From the NCBI GenBank assembly GCA_009777255.1, contig WRMG01000002.1, positions 2,105-66,104 of the forward strand: 64,000 nucleotides of DNA, given 5' to 3'. The position numbers and the translations under genes are program-made. The notes under the pieces were generated by a model. It did no database searches and had not been told where the DNA came from. It was given only the letters and a program-made list of their open reading frames with translations. Source of the DNA: Oscillospiraceae bacterium. GTDB taxonomy: Bacteria; Bacillota; Clostridia; Oscillospirales; UBA929. Of the stretch, positions 20,571 through 30,611 are shown in pieces; the stretch's first letter is position 1, and the number at the start of each line of letters is the position of its first letter.

Positions 20571-22421
20571 ATGAGAAAACGGTTCCTTTCTGTTTTAACA
20601 GCGTTTTGCTTTCTGACGGCTCTGATGACTGTAATATCACCCGCGTCATCGGCCGACGAAAACGGGGGTTACAGTATAACGGGCGTGCCCGTGCGAGCTG
20701 TGATTAATCAGGAATTAAAGCTCACATACACTGTTAATGCGCCTGAAGATATTGATATTACGTTAACTTGGAGTGTTATCGGCGACGGCGGCACCGGCGC
20801 GTCAATCAAAGACGATATTTTCACAGCAAGAAGTCCTGGCATTGCGACTGTTCGGGCGGTTGTTTCGGAACTTGTCCTCGACGAAAACAACGAAACTCAG
20901 TCACGTGAAGAAGTTCACGAACAGGATTTTCAGATAGCGGTCTACCCCGCCCCGTTCAATAATATTTCGGTAAGCGTGAATTATATGCCGGCGGGAACGG
21001 CAACCGCGTCTTCGTTTGAGGCAATGCCGGGCGAAACGGTGTTCCTAAGCGCCGAGCCTAACCCCGGCTACTACTTTGACCACTGGCAGGTAACCTCCGG
21101 CGATATGACAATATGGGAACCCAAAACGCCGGATTCATATTTTATAATGCCTGAGAGCGAAGTTGCGGTGACGGCTGTTTTTGTGAATGACCGGCATAAT
21201 CCTGAGAATAATTATAACAGGTATACAGTGCTTGTTTTGGATGTATCGGATTCAATGCGCGGAACACCGCTCGCTATGATGAAGGACGCCGCCGTTCAAT
21301 TCTGCGAGAGTGTAATAGGCGCGGGCGGCGACAATAAAATCGCGGTTATTTCTTATTCCTCGTCCGTAACAACAGAGTGCGATTTCACATCGAATATTTT
21401 CGAGCTGAGAAATACGATCAACGGCATAGAGCTTGGAGCGGGACAAACAAAAAGTATCTACGGCGCGCTGGAACGCGCTGACGCTTTATTGGATAAATAT
21501 CAGGAATCGGCGGCGATCTCCAAGAATATCGTTCTTCTGGCTCACGGCTTGCCGTATTCGGGACATACGCAGAACACGGGAAAGTATATGATCTACGACC
21601 ACGCGAGCTATCAGTATTGCAACGCGGTTTATTCCTTGGCCTTGCGTATACAAGGGAAGGTCTGCAATATATATTCCGTGGGCTATACCGGTAACATCAA
21701 AGCGGACAGCTTGCCGTTTTACCGCAGATTTATGCGGGATATTCAAAACGCGGGGTATTACGAAGCCGCAAACCCCTCGGATTTTCCCGGTTATTTCAGA
21801 AGCATATCTTCAGTGGTGCTGAACGACGGAGCCGGCGGCGCATCTGACGCCGCGGCGCCTCCGATCGGGCCGCCGCCCTCGTCGTGGGCGGCAGCGGAGG
21901 TCGGTGAGGCGATAAGGGCAAACCTTGTCCCCAGATGGATGCAGATGTCGTATACCGACACCGTATCGCGCGCGGAATACTGCGCTCTGGCCGTGCGTCT
22001 TTGTGAAACCGTATGGAGAGCAGAGCTTCAGCCGGTACCGGTCACGGAAAGTGAGTTTAGTGATACAACAGACATAAACATAAGAAAACTTGAGTCGCTT
22101 CCCCCGATGCGAAACGGTTCCCCCGTTATTCAGGGTATCGGAGACGGCAGATTTGACCCCGACGGGCTTTTAACGCGCGAACAGGCGGCAACGCTGCTCG
22201 CGCAGCTTGCCGACGCGATGGGCAGACCCATGAGCTTCTCAGATGTCAGCTTTTTCGACGACTGGAGCCACGCGTCATCATGGGCTAAAGCCGGAATCGG
22301 CCAGATTCACTCGGCGGGCGTTATGCAGAGTATCGGCTATAATTATTTCGCGCCGAAAAACCCATACACGCGGGAGCAGAGCATAATAACAATGCTGCGG
22401 ATGCGCAGCTGGTTAAGATAA
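20571..22421 (+). CDS. Cell-surface protein: Ig-like/InlB-B-repeat-like region, vWA domain and SLH repeats
   Basis: Signal peptide, MIDAS motif LVLDVSDSM, a GYYFDHWQV repeat-type block, and C-terminal SLH-like repeats (GRFDPDGLLTREQAATLLAQL; YFAPKNPYTREQSIITMLRM). Confidence 0.7.
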   Translation: MRKRFLSVLTAFCFLTALMTVISPASSADENGGYSITGVPVRAVINQELKLTYTVNAPEDIDITLTWSVIGDGGTGASIKDDIFTARSPGIATVRAVVSELVLDENNETQSREEVHEQDFQIAVYPAPFNNISVSVNYMPAGTATASSFEAMPGETVFLSAEPNPGYYFDHWQVTSGDMTIWEPKTPDSYFIMPESEVAVTAVFVNDRHNPENNYNRYTVLVLDVSDSMRGTPLAMMKDAAVQFCESVIGAGGDNKIAVISYSSSVTTECDFTSNIFELRNTINGIELGAGQTKSIYGALERADALLDKYQESAAISKNIVLLAHGLPYSGHTQNTGKYMIYDHASYQYCNAVYSLALRIQGKVCNIYSVGYTGNIKADSLPFYRRFMRDIQNAGYYEAANPSDFPGYFRSISSVVLNDGAGGASDAAAPPIGPPPSSWAAAEVGEAIRANLVPRWMQMSYTDTVSRAEYCALAVRLCETVWRAELQPVPVTESEFSDTTDINIRKLESLPPMRNGSPVIQGIGDGRFDPDGLLTREQAATLLAQLADAMGRPMSFSDVSFFDDWSHASSWAKAGIGQIHSAGVMQSIGYNYFAPKNPYTREQSIITMLRMRSWLR

Positions 22422-22439
22422 AACGAGGAGGAATGTATT

Positions 22440-23600
22440 ATGAAAAAACGATTTGCGGCCTTGTTCTTTGTGATTGCTTTTTCTCTGATAATAATGGCAA
22501 CGGTGTCTGGTATGCCTGATTTTGAGGGGGCATCCGCGCCGCCGACTATTCTGGAGCTTCCCCAAGTTTATAACGCGGACGGCACTGCTGCCGGAACAAA
22601 ATATGCCATAATCCCCCATGACAAGATTACGTCCGCCAACGCCGGTGTGTCATGGAAGGATTTCGGGAATGCCGTCCTGCCCGGCGACAAGGCAGACATA
22701 ACAAAGCTGCTGAACACAAAAACCGTCTCTTACCTGATAATCCCCAAAACAGCCGACCTAGCAACTATAAAGACCATTGAAGCCTTGGCAGATATTGGTT
22801 ACGATATTTACAAGCTGCTGCCGCCGGAGGCCAAGCCGAAAATCAACAAACCGACGTTTACGGAAGCCGATGGTGTTATTTTCGCCGTTTTTGATTTTGA
22901 TCCCGACAAATACCAATATCAAATGACCGGCGAAACAACTTGGGAAAACTGCAACGACGTCGTTGACGGCAAGTTTGCCGTGCCGCTGAGGGAATACAGA
23001 GTCGATTTTAATTTTAGATTGATGCCGGCCGACGCGGAAAAAAACACTCCCTCACAGGCCATCAAAGTAACCGTTCCCGCAATGGCAAACCCCGTTTCAA
23101 CCAAGCTGGATATTGCGAGAGGTGAAATAAAGGCAAAAGCCGGATGGGAAATCGAAGTAGTAGCGTCAGGTTCAACAAAAACAACAACGCTTACCTCCGC
23201 AGTGACCTTTGTAACCGGCGGCGACGGAGATATATCAACGGGTTCGCTGGGCGACGGAGCGACCATGTTCAGATACCGGCTTAAATCCACAACCGGCAAA
23301 CCGGGTTCGGAATGGTCGGAAATAAATCTTAATATAGGCATAAGCGAAGAGCTCTCCGGCGATCCCACTAAATATTTTACGTTTACCGGCAAAACAAACA
23401 TAATGATAATAGGAGCGGTTCCTATTCAAATAAAAGACGCCAACGGCAGATGGAAAACCGTTAAAAATATAAACGCGTCAAAAGACATTCCGGCTGATAC
23501 CGGTGTTGAAGTAAGAATGGCGGGGACAAGGACAAGGCTTCCGGGGCCGCCGAAAACTTTGCGCTGTGATTTGACAGACGGCAGGCTTACCCTAGGCTAA
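22440..23600 (+). CDS. Secreted protein, unknown function
   Basis: Signal peptide and a strong RBS (GAGGAGG). It lies 18 nt after the vWA gene. Confidence 0.5.
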   Translation: MKKRFAALFFVIAFSLIIMATVSGMPDFEGASAPPTILELPQVYNADGTAAGTKYAIIPHDKITSANAGVSWKDFGNAVLPGDKADITKLLNTKTVSYLIIPKTADLATIKTIEALADIGYDIYKLLPPEAKPKINKPTFTEADGVIFAVFDFDPDKYQYQMTGETTWENCNDVVDGKFAVPLREYRVDFNFRLMPADAEKNTPSQAIKVTVPAMANPVSTKLDIARGEIKAKAGWEIEVVASGSTKTTTLTSAVTFVTGGDGDISTGSLGDGATMFRYRLKSTTGKPGSEWSEINLNIGISEELSGDPTKYFTFTGKTNIMIIGAVPIQIKDANGRWKTVKNINASKDIPADTGVEVRMAGTRTRLPGPPKTLRCDLTDGRLTLG

Positions 23601-23610
23601 ACAGTTCAAA

Positions 23611-23645
23611 ATTAATGCTCTCTGTGAGTCACAGAGAGCATTAAT
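23611..23645. terminator. Bidirectional terminator hairpin
   Basis: Perfect 15-bp stem attaatgctctctgt / acagagagcattaat between convergent genes. Confidence 0.7.
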
Positions 23646-23652
23646 CGCGCTT

Positions 23653-26600
23653 TTATTTTTTCACGGTTACTTTGCATTTATCGGTCTTGCCGCTTGCTGT
23701 TCTTACGGTGATCGTCGCGGTTCCCGGCCCGACCGCCGTTATTCTGCCGTTTTCATCGACCGTCACGACTTTTGTGTTGCTTGATTTCCAGCTCACCGCT
23801 TTTTCGGCGTTTTCCGGCGCTATTGTATATGCCAGCACCGATTCATCGCCAACCGTCATTTGCAGGGTCTTTATGTCAAACCTGACTCTTGAGGCGGGGG
23901 TTGACACATTGACAATACATTTCGCCGTTACTCCGGTGAGATCACACACGGCGGTTATTACCGCGGCTCCGTTTCCAACCGCCGTCACCGAACCGTTCGG
24001 GCCGACCCTTGCCACGTTTTCGTCCGACGACACCCACGTAACCCCGCGCCCTGCCGCTCTTGAGGGTTGATATTTGACATTAATCGAAGATGATTTGCCG
24101 GGCGCGAGCGACAGTGTGTTTTTGTTCAGAGTGATTGCTGTGGCGCCGCTTGAGTTGGTAACGGTCACTGAACATGACGCGCTTAATTTTGTGTTGCTTA
24201 CCGTTAGCTTGATAGTCGCCTTACCTGATTTGACGCCGGTTACCAAGCCGTTTTCATCAACAGTCGCGACGGCGGGATTTGACGACGACCATTTGAACGC
24301 CGCGGGGTCTATATTCGTGATGTCGAAGTAGGGCAGCAGCAGCAGCGACCCATTTTCGGCGACAGACGCCGACGAGCGGAGCTTAACGGATTTGGGGACG
24401 GCCGGGGCTTTTGCCTGTTTCCCGACTTTCACCCCCGCTTTTGTTGTTTTTGTGCCGTCGCTTGATGTGATCGTGACTTCGGCGTCGCCTTCGGCGACAG
24501 GCATTGCCATGCCGGAAGAGTCTATAATGAGATTGCCGTCGCTGCTTGAGAACGTCGCCGTTGCGGCGTCGATACCGGCTGCCTGGGCGGCTTTGGTCAC
24601 TTCAGGGATGTCAAAGGCCAACGCCGGTGAGAATAGACTTCTGCCGCCTATGATGCCGATGGATGCGCCCTCAAAACCTGGAATTGAAGTAATATAAACA
24701 TCCATCCATCTAGTGTTTGATATGTTCGTTATTCTAACAGCCTGCGGCGTTGTTGTAAATGGATAAGTAGTGGACGTTACAGACGGGGGAACGAGGTTTA
24801 TTTCAGTACTGCCGGGATTAAGGGCATATGTTATATTTGCCGAGAGATCGTCTGTGCCAAGGAACAACTCCGCGACCGCGAGTACATTGGGATGAGAAGC
24901 CAGATCCACAACACTTTCTTCCGACGCTAGGTTGACCGTTGGGTAGTCACGAACCGTCACATTAAAGTCAACAGCTGCTTTGTCATGTGATATTCTAAGG
25001 ATGCATGTACCAGGCCCTATAATCTCAAGCCTTCTTGGTGTTTCTGTTGTCCACCCCAAAACATTATTGCCTACAATAAGCACGCTTCCCTCAGTCCCAG
25101 TAAAGATAGCGTTTAATTCATTGAGTGTAAACCCTAAGTTCGTTATCATGTACGTCGACAGAGCCGAACTGAAGGCTGTAAAATCACTGTATGGCCCGCC
25201 GTTTCTTGGCAGAACGACCTCCGGAGGAGTCACTATAGTATCCGCCGTAATTGTAAGCACATAGTTGGGAGGCAGCGACGGCACAATCTGGTCTTGCAGT
25301 GTTTCAGGCTGAGGATTAGTTGTTCCGTAATTGAACCCGTCATTAATCCTGTATTTGGCTTGAACGCTGAATGAGAGAACAGTAGGATTAGCGGCAGTTG
25401 GGTTTATATTCGCCACCATGGCAGACCACAATCTGCCAAACTGATTGCCTAAAAGGTTGGGAATAGCACCTTTTTCCTCGTTTGCCCCATTGATATATGT
25501 CCACGCGGTTATGGTAAACTCATCCAGCGGGCTGGTCGATGATTCGACCTGTTTGTATTCATAACCCCCTGTATACGAGTATGTGAGAAAAATACCGGAG
25601 ACAGACGCTGTGCGAAAATCATCGTATTGGGATTTGGTCATTGTGCGTTCATACGGCGGAGAAAGAGAAATCGTTGGAGCAAGCGCTTTAATCCATACAT
25701 AGAGCGTATTGTTGCCTGTCAGGTCTGCGGATTTTACTACCAGATGTTCATTGGGATTCGGGCTGCCGGCTCTTGTCAGTTCTCTTCCGTTTACATCGCA
25801 AATGATTTGTTCGCCGGCATTTACCTCATCATAATCCACCTGATCGTTTATACCGGCGTTCCGCAGCTTCGTAAGAACTCCGTTTTCCTTAATTTGCAGA
25901 CCGGAAAGCTCAACGTCAATCAAGGGATTAACCTCATATCCTCCGCCCGGCAAGGCGGTGAAAAGCGGAACATCCTGACCGTACCATCTGCCTTCAAGGT
26001 TTTCGCCTGTAAGCTCCCATCCGCTCGGATAAGCCGGCACTTTCGGAACAACGGCATACTTAACACGCCCGTAGTTCACCCCGGTTATCCTTCCGTTGTC
26101 ATAACTGGCCAACTGACGGGTTTCATCCGCGTCATATGTATAATCAGCTTTAGACGGAATCGGTATCCACAGCATATCGGCAGATGTAAGTCCGGTCGCT
26201 TCCGCTCTGACAATAAATTCACTCTGGTCGAACATTTGCCGGACGCGATTATTGCTGTAATTTGGTGATGGCGCGATATAATTGGTCCCGCTGTTGTTGC
26301 CCTCGTAAAATCTCACGCCGGATATGCCGCGCGGCGCCGAAATCAGGGTTATGCTGGCGATTATATCATCATCCGCATTGGTACGCAGCGTGATTGTTGA
26401 CGTGCCGATCCCCAGAGTCGCAATATCGGGTATCTCGGTTGACGGGAGACTGATCGCCCTGACATTATTGCCGCTTCCATCCCTAAAGAGTATGGGGTCA
26501 TTATCACTTGAGGTAACACTCCAGTAATACCGCTCAGGCTCTAATGTGCCGGGCTGCGGTATAATCGTCAGATAATTACTGTAAACCGCGGTTCTGTTTT

Positions 26601-29600
26601 CAATAACAGGGCGGCGCACGGTAAGATCAACACTAATGTTGTTTATTCTCACAGTGGTCGTCGCGGAACTGAGATGTCTGCCATTAGCGTCGAGCATATT
26701 AACGGTGATAATGGTATATGGCGTGGCCGTCGGATCCGCGGAAGAATCGACAGTGACATACAGTATGTCATTGCGGATATACGCCTGACTGATGACCTCT
26801 TTATCGTAGTCTATCAAGAATCTGCGCCCGCTGAGCGGCGGTATATAAATTACCTCCACTTCACGGGTACTGCCGGGGAACAACTGGAAATCAACGGGAT
26901 TCAGGAAAATATCATTTTCATTATCATATACCCATACATTTATGGTCGCGGGCGAACCGGCTGCCCCCGGCGCCGTAACGGAGATAATTGCGGGCGTTGT
27001 ACTCCTGCTCGCTCCCGCCGTGACAACGCCGGTTCTCGGGTCAACTACGGCAACCGAAGGATCAGAGCTGGACCATGTTAGGTTTGACGCGCCGGCCGGA
27101 AGCACTGTTAAGTATTGTGAATCTCTCAAGTTAACTATTTCACCGGCTTTAAGAAATACATCCTTTTGCCTGAACTCCAAGCGCGTGGCCGTAACGACGG
27201 CGCTGACAGTAACCCTCAGGGCATACGATCTCCCGCGCGGGATGTTATGCCTGATGTTCAGCGTAAACGACCCCGCGTTGAGCGCGGTTATAGTTATTTC
27301 ATTTGTCTCCTTATTATGTACCCAGCCTCCAAACCCGCGGTTACCCGACTCACTGACGGTTATGTTCAGCTTGGCAACATCGGCGGCGCTCATAAACGAC
27401 CCGTCGCTCAGCGTAACCACCAGTCTGACTGTAATTGTCGCTCCGGCGGCAAGGGTAAGCGGGCTAATCGGATCTGTTTCAAATCTGCTGATGCTCGCCT
27501 CGTTCGGATCGGGCTTAGGCTCATTCTCCGGATCGCCCAAATACTTTCGTATAGCGTCAATCACTTCCTGAATCGAACTGTACTGGCGAAGCTCCCAAAG
27601 GTACTGCGCCATGGCCAGCTTCTGCGCGTTAGAGTAATTGACATAGGGGTTAGCCCCTGTTTCAAAATCCAGAACGGCCGCGTTGGCGGCGGTTTCTATA
27701 ATTTTCAGCAATGCCGCGGCATCTCTTGATTTGTTAATTTGGTTCAGAAGATTAGACTCGTCCTGAAGCCGCTTTTTAACCGCGTTATCAAACGCCGTCT
27801 TAACCGCCGCCGCCGTGGCGAACCCTGTTCCGCGAGCCTTCAGCACCTCACTCGCCACCCAATACTTGCCCTCAGGCGAGAGCGCGTTATACGCGCTGCT
27901 GCCGGAGGAGTCGATTCCGAGTTCGGCGGAGAACGTCTTGTTTTCCAGCACGCCGGAAAGCTGGTCTATGGTAACGGCGCGGTTCAGGGCAAAAAGCCCT
28001 TGGTTGGCTCCGGTGGCAAGCCCAAGCGGGTTATGCGAATTCAGTATCATGCGCTGCGCTTCGGCCCCTGTATAAACGAACCCGTGAACCCCATGAAAAA
28101 CTCCGTTGTCAAAATTGCTCTGAAGTATCTTCTTTTGCTCTTCCGTCGGCACCGCCAGCGACAGAACGGCATTAAGGAGAGGGCCGGAATTTGAAAGCAT
28201 ACTTACTCTGAAAGCCGGCGCGGAATATAATCTTGTCTCCTCTGTGGGAGAGCGTTCCACAACAGCTGAGGCGCGGGCATTGAGAATTGCCCCTGTCCTC
28301 GCTGTGGGAGGGCGTTCCGCCTGACTTAGGTTTATACTCACGATTTGAAGATTCTCAGTCAGCTCTGTCTGATTGTCGCTCCAGTTGATAAATAGGGACT
28401 CTTCAAACTGACCGACTATATCGGATGAGGTTGCGCTTCCGTTCACGGCGCCGGGATTGTACTTAACGGGAAGGTATATAATAATCCCTAATTGATCGCC
28501 GCCGCTGGGATCGGTCACAACGGGCACGGTAAAGGTCGCGGGAATATTAGCGTTCCCCGCGCCTACCGAGGTAACCGACGGCGACATCTTGGAATTTTCA
28601 AAGCCATGCGGAGCGGGAATAAAGAAACCGACCCAGTATCCCAGATTATCGCCGGGTCCTTTTGGATGCGCGGTTAACTGAACCCGCCCTGATACGGCCT
28701 GAGTTATATTTATCTCGTCAGCCGAGCGGCCCTCTCTCATATTGCTGTAAAGCGCGTATGGCAGAGGCTCATAATTAGGCAGCAGCCTTACTCTCAGCCC
28801 CGGCGTGTTCACACGGTCAATAAGATTTGGAGTGTTTGCCTGAGGCCCGCGCCTGACGCTCTCGGTAAAGTTACCAAAGGTGACGGTGGCGTTTTCCGCC
28901 GGAAGCTGAGCGGTCCTTAAAACAGCGGAGTGGTTCATGCCGACGGTAAAGAAGTCAGGCTCCGTCCCGAACACTTCAATGATCGCGCCGTCATTGTTTA
29001 CGAGCAGATTGCGAACGTTGTTCGCGTAAGAAACCCGAACATTAGGCGCGGAAATCTCAAGGTTCTCCACCGATGTATAGTTGGTGATGAACCTGAAAGG
29101 AAGCACGGCGGAATCCCATGTGGGATTTGCGCCCGTACCGCCGCGTATATTGAACACCGCGTTTTGACCGGCGCCGCTTACGCGCGCGTTTATTACTCTG
29201 CCCTCATTAAGATTAAGCATACAATTGCTGCCGCGTATATTGAGTTCGTCAAGAACAACACCGTTAAGATTCACCACGGAGTATTCCCGCGCGCCGTCAA
29301 GTATGTTAAGGGTAAGCGAGCCCCCTCCCGGCAGCGAGCTGCCCGCAAGCGAGCCGCCTGTCAGTGTAAAGCCGGATACGGCATTGATGGTATGTACCCG
29401 CGAATGGTCGGTAATCGCGATGCGCGTGTTGCCGTTACTCATCCTGTCGGTGCCCATAACCCAGAAATCGCGGTGATTAACCAACGCGTTATCAGTCAGG
29501 GCAGGGTCGTCGTCCTCATAGGCCTCCATGCGCCCCGTCTTCCATTCAAGGCTTGAGTTGTCGTGGCCGGCTTCGGCAAAGCTCGCTATATATATGCTGT

Positions 29601-30567
29601 CGTTAATATTGGAGTTTGATATGGTGACAGTATCAGGGCCGCCGCCGCGTATGACAATACGGCCGTTGATTTCACAGTTGGAGATTACAATAGAGCTGTC
29701 AACACCGTCGCCGATTATAAGGTCGCCGTTCAGTTTAAGATGCTGCAGCGTTAATTTGCCGGATCTGTTTACCAGCAGATTACCTTTAATGAAAACACCG
29801 TCGGCCGGAGGCGTGAAGGTAGTCGTATAATTAACATTGTCATTGCCGGTATACGTCGGCTCGTTCATATAAACATACGGGAACATATTGTCCAGCAGGA
29901 GAACGGCCTCGGCGCGCGTTATATTTGAGCGCGGAGCTATCGTAAGAGGTTCGGGACCGCGGCCCGTCATCAGCCCTCTGGCAAGGAACTCATCAACAAA
30001 CGCTATCGCGTAATCCGAAACCTGGCTGCCGTCGGGAAACTGCTTCGCCGTGTCCCCTGTTCCGTTCCCCATCCCCAGCGCTTTGCCCAGCAGCGTGAAA
30101 GCGTCCTGCCGCGTCATGTTATTATTGGGTAGCATCCGTCCGTCGGCGCCTTCGGCAATCCCCATATTGATAGCTATGGCAATCTCGTCATAATACCAGG
30201 CGTTCGGGTTCAAATCCGGGAAACGCGAAGCGTATTTGTAATCAGGAACAAGCCCCCCCATAGCGCGAACCAGCATAACTATCAGCTCAGCTCTTGTAAT
30301 CGGGGCGGACGGGTTACTGTTAAAATTTGTGTGAAGAGTACCGGCTTCTCCGTTCTTCTCCTGGAACATGCCATATTCATACCAGCGGTCAGCCGCTCCC
30401 GCCGCCCAAGAGGGCATACTCGGGAAATATGTCGAAGTCGTTCTTAGTTTATAATAGCCTTTATCCCAATTCAACGCGGCGGCGCTTTCCGGCGCGTAAA
30501 CGGCCGGAACAAGACCGGACAGCATAATGCCAACCAGCAATAACGACAAAAATCTTTTCGTTCGCAT
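23653..30567 (-). CDS. Giant cell-wall-anchored protein (N-terminal SLH repeats, beta-helix region, C-terminal Big_2 Ig-like repeats)
   Basis: Signal peptide, SLH-like repeats near the N-terminus, parallel beta-helix-like repeats (ISNCEINGRIVIRGGG...), and at least four Big_2-type repeats at the C-terminus (WSSSNPAVATVDENGLVTGVKSGKATI). ATG at 30567 is preferred because it lies 7 nt after GGAGG. Confidence 0.8.
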   Translation of the reverse strand: MRTKRFLSLLLVGIMLSGLVPAVYAPESAAALNWDKGYYKLRTTSTYFPSMPSWAAGAADRWYEYGMFQEKNGEAGTLHTNFNSNPSAPITRAELIVMLVRAMGGLVPDYKYASRFPDLNPNAWYYDEIAIAINMGIAEGADGRMLPNNNMTRQDAFTLLGKALGMGNGTGDTAKQFPDGSQVSDYAIAFVDEFLARGLMTGRGPEPLTIAPRSNITRAEAVLLLDNMFPYVYMNEPTYTGNDNVNYTTTFTPPADGVFIKGNLLVNRSGKLTLQHLKLNGDLIIGDGVDSSIVISNCEINGRIVIRGGGPDTVTISNSNINDSIYIASFAEAGHDNSSLEWKTGRMEAYEDDDPALTDNALVNHRDFWVMGTDRMSNGNTRIAITDHSRVHTINAVSGFTLTGGSLAGSSLPGGGSLTLNILDGAREYSVVNLNGVVLDELNIRGSNCMLNLNEGRVINARVSGAGQNAVFNIRGGTGANPTWDSAVLPFRFITNYTSVENLEISAPNVRVSYANNVRNLLVNNDGAIIEVFGTEPDFFTVGMNHSAVLRTAQLPAENATVTFGNFTESVRRGPQANTPNLIDRVNTPGLRVRLLPNYEPLPYALYSNMREGRSADEINITQAVSGRVQLTAHPKGPGDNLGYWVGFFIPAPHGFENSKMSPSVTSVGAGNANIPATFTVPVVTDPSGGDQLGIIIYLPVKYNPGAVNGSATSSDIVGQFEESLFINWSDNQTELTENLQIVSINLSQAERPPTARTGAILNARASAVVERSPTEETRLYSAPAFRVSMLSNSGPLLNAVLSLAVPTEEQKKILQSNFDNGVFHGVHGFVYTGAEAQRMILNSHNPLGLATGANQGLFALNRAVTIDQLSGVLENKTFSAELGIDSSGSSAYNALSPEGKYWVASEVLKARGTGFATAAAVKTAFDNAVKKRLQDESNLLNQINKSRDAAALLKIIETAANAAVLDFETGANPYVNYSNAQKLAMAQYLWELRQYSSIQEVIDAIRKYLGDPENEPKPDPNEASISRFETDPISPLTLAAGATITVRLVVTLSDGSFMSAADVAKLNITVSESGNRGFGGWVHNKETNEITITALNAGSFTLNIRHNIPRGRSYALRVTVSAVVTATRLEFRQKDVFLKAGEIVNLRDSQYLTVLPAGASNLTWSSSDPSVAVVDPRTGVVTAGASRSTTPAIISVTAPGAAGSPATINVWVYDNENDIFLNPVDFQLFPGSTREVEVIYIPPLSGRRFLIDYDKEVISQAYIRNDILYVTVDSSADPTATPYTIITVNMLDANGRHLSSATTTVRINNISVDLTVRRPVIENRTAVYSNYLTIIPQPGTLEPERYYWSVTSSDNDPILFRDGSGNNVRAISLPSTEIPDIATLGIGTSTITLRTNADDDIIASITLISAPRGISGVRFYEGNNSGTNYIAPSPNYSNNRVRQMFDQSEFIVRAEATGLTSADMLWIPIPSKADYTYDADETRQLASYDNGRITGVNYGRVKYAVVPKVPAYPSGWELTGENLEGRWYGQDVPLFTALPGGGYEVNPLIDVELSGLQIKENGVLTKLRNAGINDQVDYDEVNAGEQIICDVNGRELTRAGSPNPNEHLVVKSADLTGNNTLYVWIKALAPTISLSPPYERTMTKSQYDDFRTASVSGIFLTYSYTGGYEYKQVESSTSPLDEFTITAWTYINGANEEKGAIPNLLGNQFGRLWSAMVANINPTAANPTVLSFSVQAKYRINDGFNYGTTNPQPETLQDQIVPSLPPNYVLTITADTIVTPPEVVLPRNGGPYSDFTAFSSALSTYMITNLGFTLNELNAIFTGTEGSVLIVGNNVLGWTTETPRRLEIIGPGTCILRISHDKAAVDFNVTVRDYPTVNLASEESVVDLASHPNVLAVAELFLGTDDLSANITYALNPGSTEINLVPPSVTSTTYPFTTTPQAVRITNISNTRWMDVYITSIPGFEGASIGIIGGRSLFSPALAFDIPEVTKAAQAAGIDAATATFSSSDGNLIIDSSGMAMPVAEGDAEVTITSSDGTKTTKAGVKVGKQAKAPAVPKSVKLRSSASVAENGSLLLLPYFDITNIDPAAFKWSSSNPAVATVDENGLVTGVKSGKATIKLTVSNTKLSASCSVTVTNSSGATAITLNKNTLSLAPGKSSSINVKYQPSRAAGRGVTWVSSDENVARVGPNGSVTAVGNGAAVITAVCDLTGVTAKCIVNVSTPASRVRFDIKTLQMTVGDESVLAYTIAPENAEKAVSWKSSNTKVVTVDENGRITAVGPGTATITVRTASGKTDKCKVTVKK

Positions 30568-30611
30568 GAACAAACCTCCCCAACTCTGCTTCCAAAAGAG
30601 CTTATTATCTG

